A DNA stretch of 64,000 nucleotides from Narcine bancroftii (lineage: Eukaryota). A program made the translations under genes and the position numbers. The notes under the pieces are model-generated. The model was not told where the DNA came from. It saw nothing but the letters and a program-made list of their open reading frames with translations, and made no database searches. Positions within the stretch are counted from its first letter, which is position 1. Every line of letters starts with the position of its first letter. Shown one piece after another: positions 1 through 11,991 of the stretch. The stretch lies in contig NC_091469.1 in NCBI RefSeq assembly GCF_036971445.1, positions 29,760,001-29,824,000 on the forward strand, written 5' to 3'.

Positions 1-161
1 CAACACCCAACCCCAACCAACCAATTTTCCCCTGCAACCGCTGCAGCCGAGTCTGCCTGTCCCGCTTCGGACCTGTCAGCCACAAACGAGCCTGCAGCTG
101 ACGTGGACATTTACCCCCTCCAAAAATCTTCATCCGCGAAGCCAAGCCAATGATAAGAAGA
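1..161 (+). mobile_element. RTE-clade LINE 3' end (cut by window edge)
   Basis: Encodes ...TPNPNQPIFPCNRCSRVCLSRFGPVSHKRACS*, followed by ccgcgaagccaagccaa and a (gaa)-type tail; nearly identical to 30823-30980. Confidence 0.85.
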
Positions 162-1419
162 CAGGAGCCCAGCATTACGTACACTAGGGTGAGGGCAACT
201 GTATGGTTATCAGCAAATTAGCCAAAATGCATCTCAGAAAGCCATTAAAACAAAAGCCATTTCAAAGTGTATTATTACCAATAAAGTTCTGCAAAGTGAG
301 GACATAATTGTAATACTGGCAACCAATTTATGTGCACCAATTCACATAAATGATATAATAATGAACAGATCATCTGTTTTATTTGCTGTTGGATGAAGCA
401 CAATTACTGGCTGGGACACTGGTGAAAATCTCAAACCATGCCATGAGATTTTTTTTAATGCATTTGAGAGAGCAGAAGGAGCCTTGTTCTCAGGCCTCAT
501 CGGAAGGGATGGATACAAAATCGCTTCTTTGAAATTTACCATGACCTCTGGAGAGAATTCCATGTGAAAAATGCGAATCAAACACTCTCATGATTCTGGG
601 CAGAAAGTTTAGAGACAACGTTGTACTGAAGGAACAAAAAACTGTTTGTGGGAGTTTACTATATTTAAAGAGTTTCCCTCAAAACTGTTCATATCAATTC
701 CCTCAACACATCAGCTTTGAAACAGACGTCTTGAGATAATCAACATTTATCATGATCCTTTCCAAACCATTATATGCCTTGCACTATATGCCAAGGACAA
801 CTTTCAATTGCTTCCAATTTTGGCACATCATCAGTTCTTTCATCTGTCCAGCTCTCCATATCCGAAACTTGTAAATATGAACAAGGGATAAAATGTCTGA
901 CAGGGCTACAGCCAAGTGCTGTAGGTATGAAAAGCCCAGCAATGTCAAAAGGAACACTACTCAAAAATTGCAAACGTTCATGAGAACTGGCTTTGGTGAA
1001 TTTTAACTATTTCAAACAGTAACAATTCTGTTAAATAAAATCAACATCAACTCTATTTAGTACAATTAGCATGCTCTTGCTACTATCTGCCTATTAGGAA
1101 AGTTTCCAAGCAAAATGAGACATTTCTCTCAGTTCAACACGAGTCACCATGAATATACAAGGATGTGTAACAAAAATCGGTGCTGTGATCATGACAAAAC
1201 TCTGCTAGCTAATGGAGTTCTATCCCAATGTGGGCGAGCAAATGGGACATGAAAATTCAGAAAAATAAAAGGAAAAGACTTGTATCACACCTTTGACATC
1301 TCTTTTAATGATCTCCATTGTACTTTGCAGCAAAAAGCAGACATAATTTATAGTTCACACTCTAATGTAAGAGCTGAAAAAGTCAATTTAAGCACAGAAA
1401 ACTGCCACAAAGTGCGATG

Positions 1420-1650
1420 TGGTAATGGTTAGATAACCTGTTTAGTGATATTGAACATAGAATAAATATTGGCCAAGTTACCGTGAGAACTTCTCTTCTG
1501 TGAAATTGTGCTACAGGATCTCATGTACACAGTCAAGAGCTGGAACAGGGCTTCAGTTTAACTATCCTCCAAAGCACTGCACTCTGGACAGTGTGAACAT
1601 CATTCGTTCTGGAGTACGGGTACTGGAATGGGACTCAGGGTAAAGACTCT
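1420..1650 (-). mobile_element. Ancient Deu-domain-type (SacSINE1-like) SINE remnant
   Basis: Degenerate match, from memory, to the shark SINE motif ...gaataaatattggccag...cagtttaac...gacagtg...ggaatgggactc; similar remnants near 370-600, 4500-4660, 8290-8350, 10080-10200, 14260-14410 and 47000-47200. Confidence 0.5.
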
Positions 1651-1659
1651 CCAGAGCAA

Positions 1660-1886
1660 AGGTTCCATTATTGTCAGGTAATACTACATTTTTTTTTAAA
1701 GAATGTGACATACATGAAATTCTTTAACTTTGCCAACTGTAAGGCAAGTAGAGAGTCACCACTTTGTCCAGCACCCCTCACAGAAACCTACAGCACTTGG
1801 TGTTCCTAAGCAGTTCCCACTTCAGGACCAGGCCTGAACTTGCTTACCTTCCGAGATCAGACAATCTCAGGTGTATTCAGGCTATT
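1660..1886 (-). mobile_element. 5S rRNA-derived SINE (SINE3-like) or 5S pseudogene with a unique 3' body
   Basis: 1784-1886 (aaacctacagcacttggtgttcc...accaggcctgaacttgcttaccttccgagatcagac...ttcagg) aligns by eye to the reverse complement of vertebrate 5S rRNA (aagcctacagcacccggtattccc...accaggcccgaccctgcttagcttccgagatcagac); many substitutions and a deletion, so not a functional gene. Confidence 0.8.
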
Positions 1887-1976
1887 AATCCCTCAGCTCT
1901 GCAACTCCCAATTTCCTCCATGTGCTCACCTAACATTGTTGCAATAGATTGCATGTCTGATTATTGTGAAACAATA

Positions 1977-3010
1977 TTCGCTTTTACACTCGTGTCCCAC
2001 TAAATTGGTCATTCAGTGTGCTGGGATAAGAATGGGGGTTTGGGTTTTCACACTTGACCACTCATGACTGGGATTCTGAACGCTTTCACACTCACAAGGG
2101 GCCATCCATGGGGTTAGGACTGTTCTACCTTCTACCAGTGACGTCATGAAGCATCAAGCGATGGTGGACCTGGCCTAAGTCCTGATCAATGAATTATGAT
2201 CTTATATTTGAACAAAATTAATTATTCCCAATTATAACATAATTAAGCTTTATGTACAGCACAGTATGAGCCCTTCAGCCCCTGTTGTTAATTTGCTTAC
2301 CTATATAAACCTTTATAAGGGACCATGGGAAAGAGCTAGCCATAAATACCAATAGCAGACAATTTTTAAAGCAGAGTAGGAAAATTGGTAGCGCTTTAGA
2401 ACAATTTATGTAGCGTGGGAAAGTTTGTACAATTTATGTAGCATGGGAAAGTTTGTACAATTTATGTAGCATGGGAAAGTTTGTACAATTTATGTAGCAT
2501 GGGAAAGTTTGTACCTTGGGGGGGGAGCAATGGTGGACCTGCCCTCATGAATTCCATGTAGCAGAGAAAGGGCTGGATGCATGGTTGCATGAACAAGGCA
2601 TTGATGGAGGGGTTTCTCTGTTGTACAGCATTCTGGGAAGTCATGTCTGCCATTGCTCTTTTCCACAGTCTTTACAAATTGTCCACTATTACTATTTATT
2701 GCCTCTCTCTCTCCCTCCATTGTGATTTTCCCACAACAAAGTTTATGCCTTCATTTTAATCTTTTCTTCCACTTATGCAAAAACTACAGTCATTTCAATC
2801 CCACAATGCAATTGCCAGTTTCACACTTGAATGATGGCAATGCCGGTGTCTTCAGATGCCGGGGATTGTACTGGGGTCAAGGCTGTCAATCCCCAGCATG
2901 AGATGACATTATCTGACGCCAGTATGGAGCAGATTTTGCTTTCACGATAGACTCTTTTAAGGCCGATTGGCCATCAATTCCTGGGTTCACTTGCAAGTGT
3001 GTGAGGGGCT
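1977..3010. mobile_element. Putative PIF/Harbinger-like non-autonomous element
   Basis: Degenerate ends cgcttttacactcg...caagtgtgtgaggggct, and an internally repeated tttcacact motif (about 2045, 2084, 2819); no ORF; ends approximate. Confidence 0.5.
2401..2514 (+). repeat. 28-bp minisatellite, 4 copies
   Basis: Unit acaatttatgtagcatgggaaagtttgt starting at 2401, 2429, 2457 and 2485. Confidence 0.95.
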
Positions 3011-3092
3011 AATGATATTATCTCAGAACAGCCTCATGTGTTGAAATATATGCACTGGTGTGCAAATCAGGAAATATCATCCCCATCTTTCT

Positions 3093-4369
3093 AGGCTTCT
3101 TCACATGGATTCTCCGCTAAGAATGAGCCTGAAGAACTGGAAGCAGCCCTTTGAATTGTCGTTCAGGTGGCAGCAATGAAAGCGCAGCTCTGGCCACCTG
3201 AAGGGACAACTGCATCAGGCTGCACTCCGGCTCCTGTCCCTTGGGCTGTCAAGTTAGGATGGCTGGCTGTCAGCTAGGACTGCCAGCGCGGGCTATCAGC
3301 GTGGGGACATCCCCCGTGGAATGTACCCACACTGATCGCTCTGCCGGCCGGCGGGGGAGAAGGGGGGGCTGGAGCGGCCGGCGGGGGAGAAGGGGGGGGC
3401 TGGAGCGGCCGGCGGGGGAGAAGGGGGGGGCTGGAGCGGCCGGCGGGGGAGAAGGGGGGGGCTGGAGCGGCCGGCGGGGGAGAAGGGGGGGGCTGGAGCG
3501 GCCGGCGGGGGAGAAGGGGGGGGCTGGAGCGGCCGGCGGGGGAGAAGGGGGGGGCTGGAGCGGCCGGCGGGGGAGAAGGGGGGGGCTGGAGCGGCCGGCG
3601 GGGGAGAAGGGGGGGGCTGGAGCGGCCGGCGGGGGAGAAGGGGGGGGCTGGAGCGGCCGGCGGGGGAGAAGGGGGGGGCTGGAGCGGCCGGCGGGGGAGA
3701 AGGGGGGGGGCTGGAGCGGCCGGCGGGGGAGAAGGGGGGGGGGGCTGGAGCGGCCGGCGGGGGAGAAGGGGGGGGCTGGAGCAGCCGGCGGGGGAGAAGG
3801 GGGGGGCTGGAGCAGCCGGCGGGGGAGAAGGGGGGGGCTGGAGCAGCCGGCGGGGGAGAAGGGGGGGGCTGGAGCAGCCGGCGGGGGAGAAGGGGGGGGC
3901 TGGAGCAGCCGGCGGGGGAGAAGGGGGGGGCTGGAGCAGCTGGCGGGGGAGAAGGGGGGTACGGCACTCAAGTCAGGTACTGGTATTGTTTGGCCATCCC
4001 CCTTCTCCCTGCCAGCCGCTCCAGTCCCCTTCTCCCCTGCCGGTTGCTCCAGCCCTGCAGTCCCTGCACCGACAGCCCAGCCAGCTGCCCCTGCCCCAAC
4101 GACCTGCACCGACCGGGGGAAGGGGCAACTGGGACAGGAGCTGTCAGGTGCTCGCCAGCTGACTGTCATTCCGAATGCAGCCCCTTTTAGGCGGCTGCAT
4201 TCAGATGGCTGGAGATGCCACTGTGCTGCGGTGATTATCCCTCTCGGAGGAGGATTACAAAGTTCGCCTTGCAGAGGCCGCCTGCACATTCACGTGGCCT
4301 CCCAATTAGCCGCATATTGCCAAAATATGAGGCTTTACAAGCGGGGCAGTTGGCCACCTGAAAGTGCCT
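3093..4369 (-). mobile_element. PIF/Harbinger-like MITE, copy 1 (carries a 31-bp minisatellite)
   Basis: Right end cacctgaaagtgcct; degenerate left end aggcttcttcacatggattctccgc; 3-bp TSD TCT (3090-3092 and 4370-4372); reverse-complement homologue of 10943-13119. Confidence 0.8.
3345..3959 (+). repeat. 31-bp G-rich minisatellite, about 20 copies
   Basis: Unit ggctggagc(g/a)gccggcgggggagaagggggg; the earlier copies read gagcggcc and the last ~6 read gagcagc(c); the G-run length varies. Confidence 0.97.
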
Positions 4370-4724
4370 TCTCATTGCAAGAACTCAAAAAGTAACAGAA
4401 TAATGACCAAAAAACGTGTTGTTAAACTGTAACGTTGAGCAAATGATTATATTGTCCATGTCACAGGAAAGTCACTCCATGTTCAGCTTTGAAATAGAGC
4501 CCAAATGAATAAGAGACAGAACTTCAACATTACCTTTGAAAGTCAACAGCTCTGATCTTGCTGTTCTCTCTTAAATCAAAGTGAAGCATCAGACTAGATT
4601 TTGGGCTCAAGTTCTTGGGAGTGGGATTTGACACCACAACTTTCTGACACAGACACGAGTAACCGCGAGTAGTACTTACCCAACCCTCCTGGGGTAGGTG
4701 TATTCTCCACTTCCGAGCACTTCC

Positions 4725-4922
4725 CCCCAGGCACCTAAAAGCAGGCAGGACTACGGCTACAGTTGACAGGAGCCGGCGTTTGCTCTGCGGCGCCTCTCCC
4801 CACTGCGGACCTTTCTGGTGCCAGGACAGCACTTTTAGCGCTGCCACCTGAATGTTGCTTCGCACACACCTGCAGCTGTCTCTGGAGCCACACTCTTCCA
4901 GGTCTTCCACCTGAAAGCAACT
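4725..4922 (+). mobile_element. Fragment related to the Harbinger-like MITE family
   Basis: Shares gacaggagccgg, gcgctgccacctgaatg and a terminal ccacctgaaagcaact with the right end of 10943-13119. Confidence 0.5.
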
Positions 4923-7384
4923 ATTGACCAAGTCACAGATGACACCACCAACCAAGGAGTTAAAAAAAAAAAATCAAAGAATATGCATGTACTTTTGGAA
5001 TTAATCTGCATCCTGCTTGTTTACTGTGGAGTAGATTTTGTGAACACATGGTAGAAAATCTTTGATGAATACCAACGAGCCTTTAAAAGTTCTGAGCTCA
5101 TCTGGATTCTCTATCGTGTTCCTTAAATTGCTGATCCATAACAAGGAGGTTTATGTAATGGAAATTGTTCTTTTTTTAAACTACAAAAGGATGAAAGCCA
5201 TCTGGACAATATAGGCACCTCATAATCTTGACGCCTTTATTGATTTTATCACAATCATTTAACTCCTCCTTAAAATTCCAGATAGAATTAGCTTTATTTG
5301 CTTCCCTGGACACTTCATTCCAAGCTTTATCATGCATCAAGTGAAACTTCTATTTGATCAGCTTTAACTTCTACCTCACCAAGCATTTTCCAATGCTCAA
5401 GCAGGAAGGAACACAAATTTGAAAATACACACACCCAGATTGAAAGTTTCTTACCCATTATTGTCAGATTACTGACAACACCTCTCAATAATAAAATTAT
5501 ATTGCTCTTGCCCAGTTTTGAACATTTTTCTTTGTAATGTGGTAGTATGTGCATGAGTGCAGCGAGTAGGTTGTGAGCTCATTAAGCACGACTAGTTTTC
5601 TTCAAGTTTCATGCTGCAGCCTTTAAGGTCCTCTGGTGCCCGCCCCTTACATCCCGGAACTCACGTCACGCTGACATAAGTGTGTGCACATACTTCTGGT
5701 CTGTACCGGAAGAGAAGGACTTGCGACGCCACCTTTGCCATGTCAGCTCCACTGACTGCACGTAACAAGTGGAGCCAGTTTGCACCACCACAGTAACAAT
5801 ATTTTCTACACTTCTGGTTTATTTTTCACAACCTGTTGTGCTCATGGATAGACAGACTAGACTGGAGAGCACACAAAACAATGTTTTCAGTACACATGAG
5901 AGTAAACAATTCAATTAACATTAATCTGAGCAGTACAACCTCAACTGGTTTAGAGAAGGATGCTGACAGTTGAACTCAGTTCAAAGGCAATTAAAGATGA
6001 AGAATAAACAGTTCTTTCCATTTCAAATGGGCTGCATATATAGAACCTCTGACCTCATGTATGTTGTCTTCTTGAGCTGGTTTCTCTCTACTAATATTGC
6101 CTTGTCTTTGGCACTTGCCTTCTTCCAGCTGGAGCCATTTTGGGATTTTTTTTCCCCCCCATGTATTCTTTTGCTTTCTTTGTATATTCTTCATTGCCTC
6201 CACTCCCTTTCCTACATCTCAGACACATTATCCACCCTTTATCCACTTCTGTAATTTCTCACATCAGAGAATTGTTATCTATTGCTTTCAGTCTCCTATA
6301 AAGTTTCCTGTAAGGTCTTCATCCCTTTGCCAAAGAGCAATACAGACAAGTCTTATAGTCCTCACTGCTGTTCTCTTGTCACTTAATGCATTCCTGTCAC
6401 TGATTTCCCATTCACCCATCCTGCTATTATGAAAAAAAGTTGATGCTATATTTTATTATGGTGTCAAAAATGGAGTTGTGACTTGAATTACAAATAAGCC
6501 TCTCACACAATTCCCAAGGGCTATTTAACTTAAGCATATTTTGGTGCTTCTTCAAAAGTTCCTCTAGTCCTTTCCCTTCTTCTAATCAACCCTTCTCTCC
6601 AAGTTCTGGAGTCCACGATACTTTCTTCTTGTGGCACTTACTGAATTTTTTTTCTGCTTTGGATTCAAGATGTTATTATTAACATTTCCTTTCACTTTCC
6701 TCAGAATTTTGACTACCTGCAACTTCAACCTCAAGTAGGTAAGGAACATTGTGCCTGACATCTGTTTTCAGCATTTACTGGGTGCATTAGGAGATTCCTT
6801 CTCTGAGCTGGGAAGTCCCTGGGATTAGGGTCACAGCACATACTGTGGGATGTGGTAATGGGGCAGGTGATGGGCCTAGGATGGCAATGCATTGATTATT
6901 ATAGAATGGGATCTTTACTCAGTTTTTATTATCCTACTGAATGTGCCGAGATGGAGCAGTAGTCCATGCTCTCTTGCAGTGAAGGTTAATACCAATGATT
7001 GAATTTACACAGTTCATCCAATCTCATCTTGTCATGGTATAGATGGTCATTCAGGCCATCAAGTCTATGATTGCCATTAGTTCTAATCTCATATTCATTT
7101 TCCTTAACCTATTCCCTCTCACATGCTCCATCAACTGCACTCTGACTCCAAACCACTGACACCATGGGGGAAATTACAGCTGACAAGTGACCTACACTTT
7201 GAATGTAGGAGAGGACTGGAACACCTAGGATTACCAGTGTGTATGCAAACTCCACACAGACAGCAACCAAGGTCAGGATTGAAGGGAGGCAGCAAAACTT
7301 GCATGGAACATGGTGTCTGTGGCTATCATGATGTCAAATCAAAATAGTCCCATCTGCCAGCACATAATCCATATCTTGATTTGT

Positions 7385-7580
7385 TTTTAATACATCACAG
7401 TAGAGGGCCCTGTGCTGCTCAATTGCACCCAGTTAACCCCGTACATTTTAAAGGGTGGGACCAAACCAGAGCACCCAAAGAAAACCCACGCAGGTCTTGG
7501 GGAGAATGTCCAAGCTCCTTACAGACAATGCTGAATTTAAACCCGGGTCACTGGCACTTTAATAATGTTGCACTAATCAT
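7385..7580 (-). mobile_element. tRNA-derived V-SINE/HE1-like SINE
   Basis: Reverse complement of the core ...ttctccccaagacctgcgtgggttttctttgggtgctctggttt...; same family as 50323-50575. Confidence 0.6.
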
Positions 7581-7992
7581 CATCCATACCCTGCACACTC
7601 ATGTGGACATCTAAATGTCTCTTCCACTTCCTGCCATACCACTGTGCCTCCACAGATCCCAGGCCATTTCACAGTAGAACTGGGAGCTGGAGGCAATCCT
7701 GAGAAACTTGGTCAAAGTCGATCCATTTGGACAACATCCATTTAACTGTTAGCTTTAATTTAAAAAACTTAAAACCACATGATGCCAATTATGACCTCAG
7801 GGTGTCCAAGACACTTTATAGTCAAAGATGCACTTTCGTGAATGTAGCCAGTGTTTTTTTGCAGGAACATAGCAGCCAAGTTTTGCACAGCAAACTCCCC
7901 CAGACAACTTTTAAACCATCAGAAAATTTAGCCAAGGGACCATCACAAACTTCTAGAGATATTTTGCTGAACTGGTGTCAGGCAAAATGTTA

Positions 7993-8270
7993 ATACAATC
8001 AAATTCCTGTTACCAACAACCAGCCCCAAGTAACTGGCAAAAAAAAAAGCAGAAAATAAATAGGTAAAAAAATACGAAAGTTTAAAATTGGCGTGCCTCG
8101 CTGTTAGTTCGCCAATCACGCAACAGCAATCTGCAGAGTAGAGTCGATGGGCCGAATGGCTTACTTCTGTTCCTTTATTTTGTGAACACACGGTCTCAAG
8201 CAACCAGAAAATTCACTTACTTGCTATCTACCAATCCCCATAGGTGCTGAATACCAGGGGTTTTACTGTA
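7993..8270. mobile_element. Short Tc1/mariner-like MITE (degenerate)
   Basis: Right end gctgaataccaggggttttactg|ta and degenerate left end ta|caatcaaattcctgttacc; TA flanks. Confidence 0.4.
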
Positions 8271-9214
8271 ACTTATTTTAAAAGCTCAACTGAAGATTGT
8301 ACTTCTGGCAGTGCAGCACTCTCCCACGACTGCATTTGAGTGCCAGCCTGAAAGTTTCTATGACCTGCAAGCAGAGAGGTAACCTTGCTACTCACACAGA
8401 CACAAGTGGAGCATGCACGTCCAGCATCTGGAATGTCATGTCGTTCTGGGCAATGTGCTGGGAACAGCGGTGGTGTCTGTTTCCAAGGACTTGGTTTGTG
8501 CTGCAGACAGAGGGCAGAGAGCTACAGATTCTGGTCCCCAGTGATTGAACATTAAATGTTTGTAAGCAGCACACCCTGTTCACTCACTGACTCCCAGGGA
8601 AGGCTACTGTCAGTACCATATCAACTCCCACCCAAGTGTAGTAAACCCCTCCCGAGGATGCATTTAATCCAATTTCTGCATTAAAACATTAAAACCAAAG
8701 TTTTGAATTGTCAGTCACAAGTTGAACCCACTTGCCATATGTATTGTTGTCTCAGAGTTCCAGCACCCCTTAGCTACAGTTTCTCAAGGCTGACACACTG
8801 ACAACATGCTGCTGAACACAAAACTAAAGCCAACAATCAGTCCCCAGAAGTTTGTATGACACCCACAACAGCAAAGTCTGCCTTTTTGTGTGGGTGGTCC
8901 AGTCTATTTACATCCCATCCTCCCACCAGAATTCATGCAAGGGTTTGTAAAATGTTAACAAATGATGCCAAAGATAGGTTCCCACGGGAAAATGGTGACA
9001 TTTGGAATAGGACCATCCCAATTAGCAGAAGCCAATTCTCACCATCTGAACTAAGGCAATGTTGCACTCATCTGAAAGTTTAAAAAAATAATTGCAGGAC
9101 TTTGGGGCGAGAACTGGGGTGCAGGATTAGCTGGATTACTATTAGGTAGAGCTGGTATGGATTCACAGGACTGAATGGTCTCCTTAGGGACTACTATCAT
9201 ATTGCGCCATTGGG

Positions 9215-9660
9215 ATGAAGTGTCATTGAATGTGAACAAGTAAATCTGAAGATGCTCTGGTCTCGCCCAGTCCACAAAGTGGAGGCCACCTACAAATTGG
9301 AGGAGCATTATATTTCATCGCAGCAGTCTCCAACCAGATGGCTTCAAGATCGGACCTCCAATTTCCGTTAACCTCCTCCTCATGTCTCTCTCTATTGTTC
9401 ATCCCCGTCTCCCTTCCTCCAGTTCCCCACCTCCTTCTCCTGACAGCCATCTTTCTTAGCCCTCTGGCCTCTTCCCTATCACTTCTCAGCATCTTTCTCT
9501 TCTATCCTCCCACTTGTATTCACCCAATACTCTTACCCATGTTCCTCCCCTTCCTTTCATTTAGACATTTGCCCAGTTTTCAGCACTCGAAGAGCTGACT
9601 GCCATTTACTTTTCATGGATGCTGTGTGGCCTGCTGAAATTCTCCAGCACCTTCGTGAAA
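9215..9660 (+). mobile_element. Penelope-like element 3' remnant
   Basis: GIY-YIG C-terminal-like segment (aaattggaggagcattatatttcatcgc), a pyrimidine-rich tract and the terminal gatgctgtgtggcctgctgaaattctccagca motif, all homologous to 62060-62465. Confidence 0.65.
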
Positions 9661-11148
9661 TGAACCATCAGTGAGGCTTTCTTTGCCCTTCACATGGACG
9701 CAATAGATTATGTGGTGTTATTTAAGGAGGGTAGCGCTCTTCCTTGTTTGGGCAGCAGAACCATCCCTTGTTAACACTTAAATAATCTTGACACAAATAG
9801 CATGGACCTCTGGGGTGGATTGACTTTTATTTGTGGTTAGCCATCTCGGACTCAATGCCATTCGCCCAGATGATGTCATTTCCATCTGCAAGGCTTCATA
9901 TCTTTGAGCAGTGCCCACTTTTCACCAAAGTGCTTTATTTCTGATGGCTTGGGACATCCTGAGAAAGGTATGGTGGGCAGAAACAATACACAAGGTGTGC
10001 TGGAGAAATTCAGTAGGTCACGCAGCATCCAAAGAGAGTAAAGGTCAACCAACGTTTTGGATTTGCTTCAACCTGAATCTAAGACAAGCCACAAATAACC
10101 CAACTCGAACGTGGGATTTGGTGTTTCAGTTAATCCAACCAAGCAGTAAAGCTACCCCCACTGTACCAGAAACCTCAGCCTAGATTTTGCTCTCCATTCT
10201 GACACACGAGTGCTGAACATTCTCACATCACAAGGGAAATGGCAATCTGCCAAGCACAAACTTCCACCAAATTCCAGACTTGCAATATGGATATTTTTCT
10301 GCTGTTAATTTGCTGATTTGGCCTGAATGAATGGATGGGTAAACTGAATCAGCAAATAGGTCACCTTGACTGGACCTAATAAAGGTTGAATCAGCAGGAA
10401 ACAAAAAGCTGAGAACTCCTCTGTGAAATATGCTGCAAATAAACAAAATGACAATTATTAATGTCCCTCATTCTGCTCACCATCCCAAAGTGACTGGAAA
10501 CTCTTCAGCACTTTGCTGAACCACTCAATTTAGACATTTGTTGGTTTACAAAAGGTTGGGATGGGGTGGACATTGAATCCAAACCCCATTCTCTGCTGAG
10601 CCCCTTTCACAGCCAGAGGCAAATGGACAAACCAAGAGGTGGTGGGAGGGTCTGATTTATCAGATACAGCTCAGGATCACAGAAGGCAGCTGCATGGTTA
10701 CTCAGCATTGGCATGGATGAGCACAAAGGGGTCCAGCTCAGGCCATCCTGGAACTGTGGGTTAATCTTGGATAGAGCACAAACATGTAGTCGGAACATGT
10801 AGTTCAGTAAAGAACTGTGCTTGCTTTCCATGAGATGTTAGAGAAATCTGCTTCCTCAGGTAGACACTACCATGAAAGGCTTCTCTCTTTATTCACCCTC
10901 CGATCTTCTAGCTTCACTGGTTTAAATGAGAATGCAATCATAAGGCACTTTCAGGTGGCCAAAATATCCTGATGTAAAGCCGCATATTTGATCTCTATGC
11001 GGCTGTCGGGAGGCCACCTCAAAGCGTAGGAGGCGCCTGCGAGGCACACTTGGTAACCCTCCTCCAGGAGGGATAATCGTCAGAGCACTGAGGTCCCCCC
11101 GGCACCTGAATGCAGCCGCCTGAAAGTGGCTGCTAAGGGGATGACAAT

Positions 11149-11855
11149 GGGACCCAACAGTATCAGGCAGATGTTTTCGCTGTAAGAAGGAAACGGGAAC
11201 AACAGTACATGCAATTTGGGCATGTGAGAAAGTGAGAAAGTTTTGGGAAGATCTAAATCAGGTATTAAAGAAAATCACAAAAAAACAACATACCAAAAAA
11301 TCCAGAGATCTTGCTTCTAAGTAATACAAGAAGTAAAGAATTAGGCCTCAAACTGGATGAAGCACAAAATTAATTTATTATGATAGCCTTAGCTGTAGCA
11401 AAAAAATGTATTATGTCAACCTGGAAAATCAGAAGATAGCCTGAGAATACAGCAATGGTACATAGAAATGAATAAATGTATTCCATTGGAAAAAATAACA
11501 TATAATTAAAAAAAATAAAGTCACATTATTTGAGCAAATTTGGGAGCCGTACATGGAACACAACAGAGAAGTCCTACCATGGACCTCTACCCCCTAAAAT
11601 GATAGAATGAGAAGAAGGCGAAATGAACTGACCCAGTGTGTAAAAGTAGATGACACATTTTTCTTGTTTATTTCATTGTGTGATGACATTGTTTAATGGG
11701 TTTATTGTATTGTATATGTTGAATGTTTAATGGGTTTGGAGGGGGGTGAAGGGGGGAGGGAAGGTAGTGGGGAAAGAAGGGGAGAAAATGACACTGTGTA
11801 TATTTAAGAGGGAAATGTTTGTGAATTTTGATTGATATGGTTCATAGTGTGAATA
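11149..11855 (+). mobile_element. 5'-truncated L1 (ORF2 C-terminus and 3' UTR) nested in the MITE
   Basis: Translates WDPTVSGRCFRCKKETGTTVHAIWACEK..., matching the ORF2 C-terminus of the full-length L1; frameshifted; TSD taagg(g)gatgacaat at 11134-11148 and 11856-11869. Confidence 0.92.
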
Positions 11856-11991
11856 TAAGGGATGACAATCAGCTGGTGACTGCCTGACAGCTCCCTTCCC
11901 GACTGCCCCTGCCCCCTGGTGTGGGAAGTTTGGGCAGGACGGCCGCCGCGAGGCTATGGCGAGAGAGTGGGGCTGCGGGATCAGTGTGGGG

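Noticed and set aside
1784-1886. Functional 5S rRNA gene
   Set aside because: Too many substitutions, an internal deletion, an eroded 5' end and no tandem 5S array.
3241-4395. Long Gly/Arg- and Pro-rich ORFs (384, 339 and 223 aa) on both strands
   Set aside because: By-products of a stop-free 31-bp GC minisatellite inside a MITE; no splice signals or domain.
8215-8225. Minus-strand GTAAGT splice donor as exon 2 of the 20-kb gene
   Set aside because: Lies inside a MITE-like repeat, with no matching acceptor or open frame.
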